Shown here: in pieces, positions 34,219-42,434 of the stretch | How positions within the stretch are numbered: position 1 is the stretch's first letter | Layout of the letters: every line of letters begins with the position of its first letter | NCBI GenBank assembly: GCA_004356215.1 | Contig: SMXR01000032.1 | Span: forward strand, 1-43,320 | Source of the DNA: Alphaproteobacteria bacterium | GTDB taxonomy: Bacteria; Pseudomonadota; Alphaproteobacteria; Sphingomonadales; SMXR01 | DNA: 43,320 bases | Direction of reading: 5' to 3' | The notes under the pieces: generated by a model | Databases searched by the model: none | What the model saw: only the letters and a program-made list of their open reading frames with translations | Told to the model about the DNA's origin: nothing | Translations under genes and position numbers: made by a program

Positions 34219-34749
34219 ATGGCAGAACCAAAGAACCCAAATGAAAAGACCCAGGCTACAGACCAAGTGTGGGCGGAGGTCACCCGGTTTTATAAAGCCC
34301 CCGGGGTCGAAGCAACCGTGCTTGATTTGCAGGACCACCGCGGCGCCAATGTCATGTTAGTGTTATTTTTATGCTGGCTGGCGGAGGGCGGCCGCGTGCC
34401 CCGGCCCGGGGTCGGCCTTGATGATTTGCTGAAGGCCGGGGGGGTGCGCCGAATGGTTTTGTTAAAACCCATCCGCGCCTTAAGAAGGGCTTTATTTAGA
34501 AAAAAAGGGACAAAGAACGCCCTTAAAAATATTCTACTTGGGTTTGAATTACATCAGGAAAGGGCCCTGCTAAAAATTTATCTGGATCTAACCAGGCCCC
34601 ACCGTCCGCCGCAATCGATGCCGGGCAATGGCCCCAATCTGGTCGTCGCCTACATGAAAATATTGGGGTTGAATGCACCTTATAAGGGACAGTTTGATTT
34701 GTGCGAATACTTCACCGAACTTGATTCAATCCTTAAAAAAAGAGCGTAA
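34219..34749 (+). CDS. TIGR02444/DUF2390-like conserved hypothetical protein
   Basis: Start trimmed to ATG 34219, because the first 119 codons of the ORF-track call are antisense to the DUF465 gene. The block VWAEVTRFYKAPGVEATVLDLQDHRGANVMLVLFLCWLA matches the family pattern as I recall it. Confidence 0.6.
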   Translation: MAEPKNPNEKTQATDQVWAEVTRFYKAPGVEATVLDLQDHRGANVMLVLFLCWLAEGGRVPRPGVGLDDLLKAGGVRRMVLLKPIRALRRALFRKKGTKNALKNILLGFELHQERALLKIYLDLTRPHRPPQSMPGNGPNLVVAYMKILGLNAPYKGQFDLCEYFTELDSILKKRA

Positions 34750-34758
34750 TAAAACCCG

Positions 34759-35328
34759 CTATTTCTTATCCTGCCAGCGTTTTAGCGCGGGCGTTTCCAG
34801 ATGATAGAGGTCAAGGACCCGGGCCAGGGTCTGGTTGATCATCTCGCTTATGTTTTCCGGGTGGGTGTAAAACGCCGGCACCGGGGGAAAAACAATGGCG
34901 CCATAGGAAGAAACTTTGGCCATGGTCTCCAGGTGGCCGGTGTGCAAAGGGGTCTCCCGCACTAATAAGACCAGTGTACGGCGTTGTTTCAGGGTAACAT
35001 CGGCGGCGCGGGTGAGAAGGTTAGATGTCACCCCGGTGGCAATTTCAGACATGCTTTTGATCGAACAGGGGGCGACAATCATGCCACCGGTCTCAAATGA
35101 CCCGCTTGAGATGCTTGCGGCAATATTTTTGACCGAATGAACAACATCGGCAATTTTTCCCAGGTCCGCGACCTTGTAGGTGGTCTCAAGCCCAAGGGTG
35201 ATTTCCGCCGACGGGCTCATCACCAGGTGGGTTTCTATTTTAAGGGATTTCAGAATTTCAAGCAGGCGGACGCCATAAATGGCCCCCGAAGCCCCGGTCA
35301 TGCCCACAATGAGTCGTTTTACCCGCAC
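34759..35328 (-). CDS. ubiX: Flavin prenyltransferase UbiX
   Basis: RLIVGMTGASGAIYGVRLLE N-terminus, MIVAPCS, and the flavoprotein fold; 189 aa. GTG start with AAGGGG 8 nt upstream. Confidence 0.9.
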   Translation of the reverse strand: MRVKRLIVGMTGASGAIYGVRLLEILKSLKIETHLVMSPSAEITLGLETTYKVADLGKIADVVHSVKNIAASISSGSFETGGMIVAPCSIKSMSEIATGVTSNLLTRAADVTLKQRRTLVLLVRETPLHTGHLETMAKVSSYGAIVFPPVPAFYTHPENISEMINQTLARVLDLYHLETPALKRWQDKK

Positions 35329-35471
35329 AGATTTACCCCTTGTCTCCTGGCCAGACTTTAGGCCGGGGGCCCCGGAATTCCCAGTCCTTTTTGAAATTTG
35401 GCGCCGCGATTTCTACTTTTTGAAAATTTGTGTTAGGCTTTTCACATGCAAAAAAACAGGGAGAACTGAGA

Positions 35472-35630
35472 ATGGGTCAAGTTGAAGATCTGAGTCGAAA
35501 ACATCATTCCCTCGAAGAGGCCATCGAAGAAGAAAATGCACACCCCTTTCCGGATCAAGGTAAGATAGGCCAACTAAAACGCGAAAAATTGCGCATCAAA
35601 GACATTATGGAACACCACGTAAGTTCTTGA
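35472..35630 (+). CDS. DUF465 (YdcH-like) small protein, second copy
   Basis: 52 aa from ATG 35472 (GGGAGA RBS). The pattern KHHSLEEAIEEE......D...IGQLKREKLRIKD fits DUF465. Confidence 0.6.
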   Translation: MGQVEDLSRKHHSLEEAIEEENAHPFPDQGKIGQLKREKLRIKDIMEHHVSS

Positions 35631-35646
35631 TTAAGAATATTTAAAT

Positions 35647-36195
35647 CTATTCAACCGCCTCGGCTTCAGGGGCCTTTACCTTGTGGGCGGTCTTTTGCAC
35701 CAGGTCGTCCAACTCTATTTGTTTACAAAGACCTAATGAAACCGGGTCCTGGGGCTGGATCTGGTTAATGTTCCAGTGGGTGCGGTCACGAATGGCGCCA
35801 ATGGTTGGCTTGGTGGTGCCGATCAGCTTGCAGATCTGGTTGTCGGAAAATTCCGGATGATAACGCAACAGCCAGGCAATCGTAGCTGGTTTATCCTGGC
35901 GTTTTGAAACCGGCGTATAGCGCGGCCCCTTGGTGCGCGGCTGGGCTGCAATCTCGTCTTCAACCAGCACCAGGTCGGCAGAAGGGTCCTTCTGGCAGCG
36001 CTCAATTTCTTCCCAGGTCATCTGGCCGGTTGCTGTTGGGTCAATGCCGACGATATTCTGGGCCACGGTTTCATCGGCGATGCCCTGAACCTCAAGGGCA
36101 TGCATACCGCAAAGGCGGGCAATCTGGGAAAAATCCAAGGTGGTGTTGTCAATCAGCCAGACCGCGGTGGCCATCGGCATAAGCAGTTGTGCCAT
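35647..36195 (-). CDS. DUF1013-family protein (alphaproteobacterial; some members are annotated as cell-cycle regulator TrcR, from memory)
   Basis: N-terminus MAQLLMPMATAVWLIDNTTL.F.QIA..CG.H.LEVQGIAD and C-terminal KLIGTTK.TI..IRDRTHWN are hallmarks of DUF1013. Confidence 0.72.
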   Translation of the reverse strand: MAQLLMPMATAVWLIDNTTLDFSQIARLCGMHALEVQGIADETVAQNIVGIDPTATGQMTWEEIERCQKDPSADLVLVEDEIAAQPRTKGPRYTPVSKRQDKPATIAWLLRYHPEFSDNQICKLIGTTKPTIGAIRDRTHWNINQIQPQDPVSLGLCKQIELDDLVQKTAHKVKAPEAEAVE

Positions 36196-36220
36196 TTGAA
36201 ATGCTCCCTAAATAAATACC

Positions 36221-36832
36221 TTATCGCTCCGTGAACGGGATGAACCGTTCTCTCTCCTCAACCCTTTTGATCCACGTTTGGATATTCGGAAAGTGGGAAA
36301 GCTCAAATCCGGCTTCCCCGGCGACATGGGTATAGGCATATAAGGCAATATCGGCAATTGTAAAGCGATTGCAGGCAAAAAAATCATTTTTTTCCAGATG
36401 ATCATCCATCACCTGAAGCGCACGATTGGCGCGATTGGCCAGTTCTTCAAGGAATGGCTTGTTTTGCTTCTCGATAGGGACGTAATGATAAATGAAGCGC
36501 ACCTCAGCAACCTTAGATTCAATCTGGTTTTGTTCAAAAAACATCCAGCGCAAAATTTGTGCCTCATCAACCGGGTCATCGGACGCGAGGTCGGATCCCC
36601 GGGCAAGGTAATGCAAAATCGCATTTGATTCAGCGATTCTTGTGCCATCAGGAAGCTCAAGGAGCGGCAATCGTTGATCAACGTTTTTCTTTTTAAAATC
36701 TTCGGTCCGGCAGGCCCCAGCCAGGGCGTCCATTTTTTCAATGTCTACCGGAAGGTTTAGCAAATTTATAAGCAGTCTGACTTTGTAGGAATTACCGGAT
36801 TCTGGGAAATCATAGAGTTTGGGGGATGTCAT
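36221..36832 (-). CDS. Glutathione S-transferase family protein
   Basis: Thioredoxin-like N-domain (KLYDFPESGNSYKVRLL, LP.LELPDGT.IAESNAILHYLA) plus a helical C-domain. ATG 36832 with GGAG 8 nt upstream is preferred over GTG 36841. Confidence 0.8.
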   Translation of the reverse strand: MTSPKLYDFPESGNSYKVRLLINLLNLPVDIEKMDALAGACRTEDFKKKNVDQRLPLLELPDGTRIAESNAILHYLARGSDLASDDPVDEAQILRWMFFEQNQIESKVAEVRFIYHYVPIEKQNKPFLEELANRANRALQVMDDHLEKNDFFACNRFTIADIALYAYTHVAGEAGFELSHFPNIQTWIKRVEERERFIPFTER

Positions 36833-36915
36833 GATAACCACTCCATTTTATTGTGAAAACGGACTATAGTTTTTTAAAGCGCTGAATTGAAGTCAAAAGT
36901 TTGGGAGAATTAAAG

Positions 36916-37110
36916 ATGGACCTGAACGACCTTCCGAAAAACCGGGACACACCCATTGAAGCGATCGAGGCGGAAAAGCTCGATACGCTTTCCCTTAATG
37001 AGCTGGCCTATCGTATCAAGGTATTAAAACGCGAGATCGTGCGTATAGAGGCCGAGATCAAGGCCAAAAGCGCCAGCATATCCGCCGCCGAGGATGTCTT
37101 TAAGAAGTAA
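36916..37110 (+). CDS. DUF1192 small coiled-coil protein
   Basis: 64 aa from ATG 36916 (GGGAGA RBS). LSLNELAYRIKVLKREIVRIEAEIKAK.AS.SAAEDVF matches the DUF1192 pattern. Confidence 0.7.
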   Translation: MDLNDLPKNRDTPIEAIEAEKLDTLSLNELAYRIKVLKREIVRIEAEIKAKSASISAAEDVFKK

Positions 37111-37123
37111 TTTCAAAAACAAG

Positions 37124-37154
37124 AAAAGGCCGGGGAGGGGGGTCCCGGCCTTTT
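37124..37154. terminator. Bidirectional intrinsic terminator between convergent DUF1192 and hsp20 genes
   Basis: AAAA-GGCCGGG-gaggggggt-CCCGGCC-TTTT. The 7-bp GC stem has an A-tract and a T-tract on opposite flanks. Confidence 0.6.
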
Positions 37155-37221
37155 CTGTCTCTATAGTAGAGACTGTAGTAGAGAGGGTCGTCAGTAGTAA
37201 CTATCAATCCATTGGTCGTCT

Positions 37222-37707
37222 TTAGGCGGCTTTCGAGGCCTTCTTGCCCTTGACGCCTTCAAGCACCGGCTTAGCAGGGCCGGTCTTGATCGGGATATCC
37301 CGGGGCCGCTTGTGCTCGGGGATTTCACGGTAAAGCTCGACGTGCAGCAAGCCGTTGTCGAAATTGGCGCCGGTGACGCGGATTTCAGAGGCCAACTGGA
37401 ACTTGCGGACAAACGCCCTGGTGGCGATGCCGCGGTGGAGAAACTGGCTTTTTTCGTTTTTCTTTTCCGGTTGCTTGCTGGAGATCGTCAGCAACTCGTC
37501 TTCGAGCGAGATGGAAATGTCTTCCTTGCCGAAACCGGCCAGCGCCATGGTGATACGGTAGCCGTCTCCGGCCACTTTTTCGATATTATAGGGCGGATAG
37601 GCGCGCTCGGCGGGCTCCAGGCCTTTTTGAAAATTTTCAGCCATCCGAAACAGCTCGTCAAAGCCGATGGCATTTTGCATGAGGGGTGATAAATCGAAGG
37701 TACGCAT
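37222..37707 (-). CDS. Small heat-shock protein, Hsp20/IbpA family
   Basis: Alpha-crystallin domain (YPPYNIEK..DGYRITMALAGF.KEDISISLEDELLTISS ... GLLHVEL). ATG 37707 has AAGGAGG 8 nt upstream. The ORF-track start at 37770 was trimmed. Confidence 0.88.
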   Translation of the reverse strand: MRTFDLSPLMQNAIGFDELFRMAENFQKGLEPAERAYPPYNIEKVAGDGYRITMALAGFGKEDISISLEDELLTISSKQPEKKNEKSQFLHRGIATRAFVRKFQLASEIRVTGANFDNGLLHVELYREIPEHKRPRDIPIKTGPAKPVLEGVKGKKASKAA

Positions 37708-37711
37708 AGTA

Positions 37712-37734
37712 AAATCCTCCTTGGGAAGCGATTT
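37712..37734 (-). promoter_or_regulatory. ROSE-like SD-sequestering hairpin (candidate RNA thermometer) in the hsp20 leader
   Basis: The mRNA reads AAAUC[G]CUUC-CCAA-GGAG-GAUUU. The SD GGAGGA is paired and a single G is bulged opposite it, as in ROSE elements. The AUG lies 4 nt after the hairpin. Confidence 0.45.
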
Positions 37735-37810
37735 TTTCAGTTTACCTTTGGCCCCCAATCGGGCGGCCAAGGCGGTTAAGTGGACCCGAGTTTGGCGTCC
37801 ATACTCATTA

Positions 37811-37838
37811 ATTTAAGCGCGAAAAAAGTGATTACAAG
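37811..37838 (-). promoter_or_regulatory. Candidate RpoH (sigma32)-type promoter of hsp20
   Basis: The minus strand reads CTTG-N17-CTTAAAT, against the alphaproteobacterial sigma32 consensus CTTG-N17/18-CYTATNT (one mismatch). This gives a leader of about 95 nt. Confidence 0.4.
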
Positions 37839-37949
37839 AGGGTTAGTGAGGATTTATTTAATGGTGAAGGAATTAATGAATCTCCGAGGAAACATTATCT
37901 TTGCCATTCAAACGCCCCATCTTGCACGATAATGCACTTTGGGGCTTTC

Positions 37950-38058
37950 CGCCGAACGATCGGCGCGCCAACGCTTGTTGGCGGAAGAAAGCAAAAGGCG
38001 CACAAGCGTGCGCCCGCGAACCGTTTCGCGCCCCCGCGGAGCCGTGAGCAAAGCTCAC
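37950..38058. other. Block of five consecutive GC-rich stem-loops
   Basis: CGCCGA-acga-TCGGCG (37950-65); CGCCAAC-gctt-GTTGGCG (37966-83); GGCGCAC-aagc-GTGCGCC (37997-38014); CGCGAA-ccgt-TTCGCG (38015-30); GTGAGC-aaa-GCTCAC (38044-58). All arms were verified as exact complements. Confidence 0.7.
37984..38014 (-). terminator. Probable suhB intrinsic terminator (third hairpin of the block read on the minus strand)
   Basis: The minus strand reads GGCGCAC-gctt-GTGCGCC followed by TTTTGCTTTCTT, about 60 nt downstream of the suhB stop. Confidence 0.5.
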
Positions 38059-38074
38059 TGGCGTGAGCGATTAA

Positions 38075-38872
38075 TCAAGAGTGAGATTTGCGGAAAATCC
38101 CGGAGAGCTCATCATTCAGTTTTTCGTTGGTAGCGAGGATACTGCCGGACTTCAGCATGGCGGCGCCGCCATCCAGTTCCGAGACCAGCCCGCCGGCCTC
38201 GCGGACAATAACAATACCCGCGGCGATATCCCAGGGGTGCAGCTGGGTTTCCCAGAAACCGTCGTAGCGGCCGGCGGCGACATAGGCGAGGTCAAGCGAA
38301 GCCGCGCCCCAGCGCCTGATTCCGGCGACCCGCGGCATAATCGCCGAGAGTTCTTCGGAAAAGGTATCGTGATCTTTTTTGGACGCCCAGGGGATGCCGG
38401 TGGCCAGCAAAGCGGTCTCAAGCCTGGTCCTGGACGAAACCCGGATACGGCGTTCGTTGACAAAAGCGCCGACGCCATTGGCGGCCCAGAACAATTCGTC
38501 GCGGATCGGGTCATAGACAATGCCGTGGGTCAACTCGCCGTGATCTTCCAGGGCGATGGAAATAGCGAAATGGGGCAGGCCGTGGAGAAAATTCAGGGTG
38601 CCGTCGAGGGGGTCGATGATCCAGCGTTTTACTGCCTTGGGATCTCCGCGCCGGCCTTTTTCCTCCATCAAAAAACCAATTTCCGGACGGGCATAGGACA
38701 GTTCTTCAAAAAGCGAGGTTTCAACCTTGAGGTCGGCGGTCGAGACAAAATCCGACGGGCCTTTTTGCGAGACCTGGAGTTCTTCGACCTCGCCGAAATC
38801 GCGCACCAGCCCGCGGGCGGCACGAAAAGCCGCCTTGGCCATAATGTTTATGATCGGGGTGCGCCGTGACAT
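38075..38872 (-). CDS. suhB: Inositol monophosphatase family protein (SuhB-like)
   Basis: IMPase motifs WIIDPLDGTLNFLHG and WDIAAG; 265 aa. It starts 3 nt downstream of efp. Confidence 0.85.
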   Translation of the reverse strand: MSRRTPIINIMAKAAFRAARGLVRDFGEVEELQVSQKGPSDFVSTADLKVETSLFEELSYARPEIGFLMEEKGRRGDPKAVKRWIIDPLDGTLNFLHGLPHFAISIALEDHGELTHGIVYDPIRDELFWAANGVGAFVNERRIRVSSRTRLETALLATGIPWASKKDHDTFSEELSAIMPRVAGIRRWGAASLDLAYVAAGRYDGFWETQLHPWDIAAGIVIVREAGGLVSELDGGAAMLKSGSILATNEKLNDELSGIFRKSHS

Positions 38873-38875
38873 TTT

Positions 38876-39439
38876 TTAATCGGCTCTTTTAACGTAGGAG
38901 CCATCGGCGGTGTTGACGATAATCCTGTCCCCGACCTTTACAAACGATGGCACCATGGTGCGGGTGCCGTTTTCCAGAAGCGCCGGTTTGTTGGAAGAAG
39001 CCGCGGTCTGGCCCTTGACCACCCCTTCGGTTTCAACCACCTCAAGCGTGACGTTATCAGCCAGCGACAGCCCAATTGGTGTGCCTTCGTGCATTTCGAT
39101 CCTGACCTTCATGTCATCCTGCAAAAACGCCGCGGCTTTGCCGACATATTCGGTTGAAAGCTCGATCTGTTCAAAGGTCTCGAGGTCCATGAAGGTAAAG
39201 GTTGCGCCATCGCTAAAAAGAAACTGGTGTTCGCGCTGCTCAAGGACGGCGCGCTCGACCCGCTCGGAGGCGCGGAAACGTTCGTTCATTTTGGTGCCAT
39301 CCTTCAAGGACTTCAGTTCAACCTGGAGGTAGGCGCCACCCTTGCCGGGCTGGGTATGCTGAATCTTGACCGCGCGCCACAGGCCGCCTTTGTGACTAAT
39401 GACATATCCCGGGCGGATGGCGTTGCCGTTGATTTTCAT
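38876..39439 (-). CDS. efp: Translation elongation factor P
   Basis: 187 aa; loop [17 protein letters not shown]; three-domain EF-P length and pattern. Confidence 0.92.
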   Translation of the reverse strand: MKINGNAIRPGYVISHKGGLWRAVKIQHTQPGKGGAYLQVELKSLKDGTKMNERFRASERVERAVLEQREHQFLFSDGATFTFMDLETFEQIELSTEYVGKAAAFLQDDMKVRIEMHEGTPIGLSLADNVTLEVVETEGVVKGQTAASSNKPALLENGTRTMVPSFVKVGDRIIVNTADGSYVKRAD

Positions 39440-39516
39440 AACCTAAATCCTAAAAAATCTAAAAGTGCGAGAGGCTTCTAGCACCTCTAAGGCCCGCCTT
39501 CAATCGCAAAGGTGGT

Positions 39517-40170
39517 TTATCCCGGGGAATGCCGGGCCATCAATTTATTGAATGCCTTGACCGCTTCACCGGGACCACCGGGGTGATCCCAAACCCCCGA
39601 TGAGACCGCAAGGAAGTGCGCACCTGCCGTTATTAAAGCCAGGCAGTTTTCAGGGATGATGCCGCCGATGGCGACTGCCGGGATTTCGGAAATATCCGAC
39701 CACCAGCTCAAAAGCTCGGGCTCGGCGGTGAATTTTGTTGCTTTGGTTTTGGTCGGAAAAAAGGCGCCGAAGGCGACGTAATCAGCGCCCGCGTCACCGG
39801 CGAGGAACGCCAAATGACGGCTATTGTGGCAGGTAACCCCGATCATGGCATCAAGCCCCAACTTGGCGCGGGCTTCCGGGACGCTGCCATCGCTTTGGCC
39901 AAGGTGGACGCCATCGGCCCCAACATCACGGGCCAGGTCGGTACGATCATTCAGAATCAACAGCACATGAAATTTGTTACAAATCGGCAAAAGCGCCTCG
40001 GCGGCGTTATAAATTTCTTCATCATCCGCCGGCTTGAGGCGCAGTTGGAAGGCAGCGACATCCCCGGCGCCAAGCGCGGCTTCAAGCCGGGGCGCAAAGT
40101 CGTCCAGGATAATTTTTGGCGGGCTGATCAGGTACAGCCGGCAGGGTGGGTCAATGTTTGGCATAATCAC
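39517..40170 (-). CDS. thiE: Thiamine-phosphate synthase
   Basis: RLYLISPP start, GADGVHLGQSD, IGVTCHN, GADYVAFGAFFPT.TK and VAIGGI blocks of the TMP-TENI fold; 217 aa. It starts 7 nt after the fba stop. Confidence 0.85.
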   Translation of the reverse strand: MIMPNIDPPCRLYLISPPKIILDDFAPRLEAALGAGDVAAFQLRLKPADDEEIYNAAEALLPICNKFHVLLILNDRTDLARDVGADGVHLGQSDGSVPEARAKLGLDAMIGVTCHNSRHLAFLAGDAGADYVAFGAFFPTKTKATKFTAEPELLSWWSDISEIPAVAIGGIIPENCLALITAGAHFLAVSSGVWDHPGGPGEAVKAFNKLMARHSPG

Positions 40171-40177
40171 ACTGGTG

Positions 40178-41197
40178 TCAGGCGGCCTCTTGTTCCAGCT
40201 CGGGTCGCCATTGCCCCAAGGCGGCCAGGCCGTTCATGCGGGCACGGTGGGCAAAGGCGCGCTGGGCGGCCTCAATATTGGCATTGTTGCCGGCCCAGAC
40301 CTTCAAGGGTGCGGCCTGCAGGGCGCGGCCATAGGAATAGCTCAAGGCCCACGGCAGTCCGGACGTCTGGTTCATGACACTCAAGTGGGCGGTGGCATCT
40401 AAATCTGATTGGCCACCCGACAGGAAAACAATCCCGGGCACCGCGGCGGGCACTGTGCGCTTGAGGCACTGGAGGGTTTTTTCCGCGACTTCTTCGATCT
40501 CGGCCTGGGTGGCGCAATTGCTTCCGGAAATCACCATATTGGGCTTAAGGATGGTGCCCTCGAGCGCAACCTGATGTTCGGCAAGAGCTTTATAAAGCGC
40601 GTTCAGGGTAACCTCGGTCACATCGAAGCAGCGGTCGATGGTATGGTCACCATCCATCAGGACTTCGGGCTCGACAATGGGCACCAGGCCATTTTCCTGG
40701 CAGCGCCGGGCATAGCGGGCCAGCGCATCGGCATTGGCGCTAATGCAATCTTTGGAGGGCAGGTCTTTGCCAATCGTGATCACCGCGCGCCATTTGGCGA
40801 AACGGGCGCCAAGGCCGTGGTATTCCTTGAGGCGGTCACTGAGGCCATCAAGGCCATCGGTGACCAGCTCGCCGGGGTGCCCGGTCATTGGGTGGGCGCC
40901 GGTGTCAACCTTGATACCGGCGATGGCGCCCTGGTTTTTGATGATATCAACCAGCGGCGTACCATCTGGGGCGGATTGGCGCAGGGTCTCGTCAAACAGG
41001 ATTACGCCTGAGATAAAATCTTTCATCGCCGGGGTCGAAAATAGCATATGACGGTAATCGCGGCGCGAATCGATGGTCGAATCCGAGTTAATCGTATCAA
41101 AACGTTTCTTGATCGTGCCGGTGCTTTCATCGGCGGCCAGGATTCCCTTGCCCGGGGTCACCAGTGCCAATGCTATTTCGTTTAACCGGTCGCTCAT
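40178..41197 (-). CDS. fba: Fructose-bisphosphate aldolase, class I
   Basis: GILAADESTGTIKKRF and the Schiff-base lysine block EGTILKPNMV. ATG 41197 with GGAGGG upstream; the ORF-track start at 41281 was trimmed; 339 aa. Confidence 0.9.
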   Translation of the reverse strand: MSDRLNEIALALVTPGKGILAADESTGTIKKRFDTINSDSTIDSRRDYRHMLFSTPAMKDFISGVILFDETLRQSAPDGTPLVDIIKNQGAIAGIKVDTGAHPMTGHPGELVTDGLDGLSDRLKEYHGLGARFAKWRAVITIGKDLPSKDCISANADALARYARRCQENGLVPIVEPEVLMDGDHTIDRCFDVTEVTLNALYKALAEHQVALEGTILKPNMVISGSNCATQAEIEEVAEKTLQCLKRTVPAAVPGIVFLSGGQSDLDATAHLSVMNQTSGLPWALSYSYGRALQAAPLKVWAGNNANIEAAQRAFAHRARMNGLAALGQWRPELEQEAA

Positions 41198-41232
41198 TTT
41201 TTCCCTCCACCCGATCTCAAAAGGATTGCTGG

Positions 41233-42423
41233 TTATAGCATGAGTGCAGCTATGCCCGGCAGGGTTTTGCCCTCCAGCCATTCCAGAAAGGCCCCGCCAG
41301 CGGTCGAAACATAGGTAAAATTGCCCTTGGCATTGGCATGATAGAGCGCCGCCACGGTATCCCCGCCGCCGGCCACAGATATCATCTTGCCCTTTTTGGT
41401 GAAATTACCGACCGCTTCAGCGACCTGGTTGGTGCCGCGATCAAAAGGCTTGATTTCAAAAGCCCCCAACGGGCCGTTCCAAATCACGGTCTTGCAGCGC
41501 CTGAGAACCTTGATAAAGCCTTCAATGGCTTTCGGGCCGATATCGAGAATCATGTCATCGTCTTCGACGGCGTCAAGCGGCAGGCCGATGGCCTTGTCGG
41601 TGGCGTTGAAATGTTTGGCGACCGACACTTCGTCGGGCAAATGGATTTTACAATTTGCCGCAACCGCATTTTCCATAATCGTGGTAGCAACGCTTTCCAG
41701 GTCTGGCTCATTCAGCGAGGCACCGATTCTCTTGCCCTGTGCTGCCAAAAACGTATTGGCCATGCCGCCGCCGATAAGGATGTGGTCCATTTTTACAATC
41801 AGGTTTTGCAAAACCGAAATTTTGGTTGAAATCTTGGCCCCGCCAATCACCGCGGCCACCGGATGCCGGGGGTTTTCCAGCGCCGTTGTCAACGCCTCGA
41901 TTTCCTTGACCAGGCCAAGTCCCGCAGCCGAGGGCAGGTGGTGGGCAATGCCCAGGGTCGAAGCATGGGCCCGGTGTGAGGAGGAAAAGGCATCGTTGAT
42001 ATAAACATCGCCGAGCGCAGCCAGTTGTTTGGCAAAGTCCGCGTCGTTCGCTTCCTCACCGGGATAGAAGCGCAAATTCTCAAGCAAACAAATGTCCTTG
42101 GAATTTTTGATCTTGGTCTTGGTCTCTTTTGCCAGGGCATCGCCGGCAAAGGTAACCTTGGCCCCCAGCCCCTGTTCCAGGGCCGGGACAATCTGCGATA
42201 ACGACAGGCCGATTACCGGTTGGCCTTCGGGGCGGCCAAAATGCGACATCAGGATGATCGTGGCGCCTGCACTCTTAAGGTGCGAAACAGTTTCCCTGAT
42301 GCCAAGGATGCGGCTGTGGTCAACCACCGTGCCGTCTTGCATGGGCACATTCAAATCAACCCGGAGCAAAACCTTTTTGCCCTTGAGGGTACCGAGATCC
42401 TTGATTGTCCGTAAATTCCCCAT
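41233..42423 (-). CDS. pgk: Phosphoglycerate kinase
   Basis: KKVLLRVDLNVPM, SHFGRPEG and AGGGDT motifs. ATG 42423 with AGGAG upstream; the ORF-track start at 42492 was trimmed; 396 aa. Confidence 0.92.
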   Translation of the reverse strand: MGNLRTIKDLGTLKGKKVLLRVDLNVPMQDGTVVDHSRILGIRETVSHLKSAGATIILMSHFGRPEGQPVIGLSLSQIVPALEQGLGAKVTFAGDALAKETKTKIKNSKDICLLENLRFYPGEEANDADFAKQLAALGDVYINDAFSSSHRAHASTLGIAHHLPSAAGLGLVKEIEALTTALENPRHPVAAVIGGAKISTKISVLQNLIVKMDHILIGGGMANTFLAAQGKRIGASLNEPDLESVATTIMENAVAANCKIHLPDEVSVAKHFNATDKAIGLPLDAVEDDDMILDIGPKAIEGFIKVLRRCKTVIWNGPLGAFEIKPFDRGTNQVAEAVGNFTKKGKMISVAGGGDTVAALYHANAKGNFTYVSTAGGAFLEWLEGKTLPGIAALML

Positions 42424-42434
42424 ACCAGCTCCTG

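Noticed and set aside
33862-34749. 295-aa ORF-track call.
   Set aside because: The first 119 codons are antisense to the DUF465 gene (33952-34158) and have no family resemblance. The conserved TIGR02444-like part begins at ATG 34219.
37873-38133. Two overlapping 61-aa and 64-aa ORFs (37873-38058 minus, 37939-38133 plus) in the suhB-hsp20 spacer.
   Set aside because: Both are Arg/Ala-rich translations of the GC-rich hairpin block, with no RBS. The region is better explained as structured RNA/DNA.
40171-40177. Looked for a TPP (THI-box) riboswitch in front of thiE.
   Set aside because: Only 7 nt separate the fba stop from the thiE start, so no aptamer can fit.
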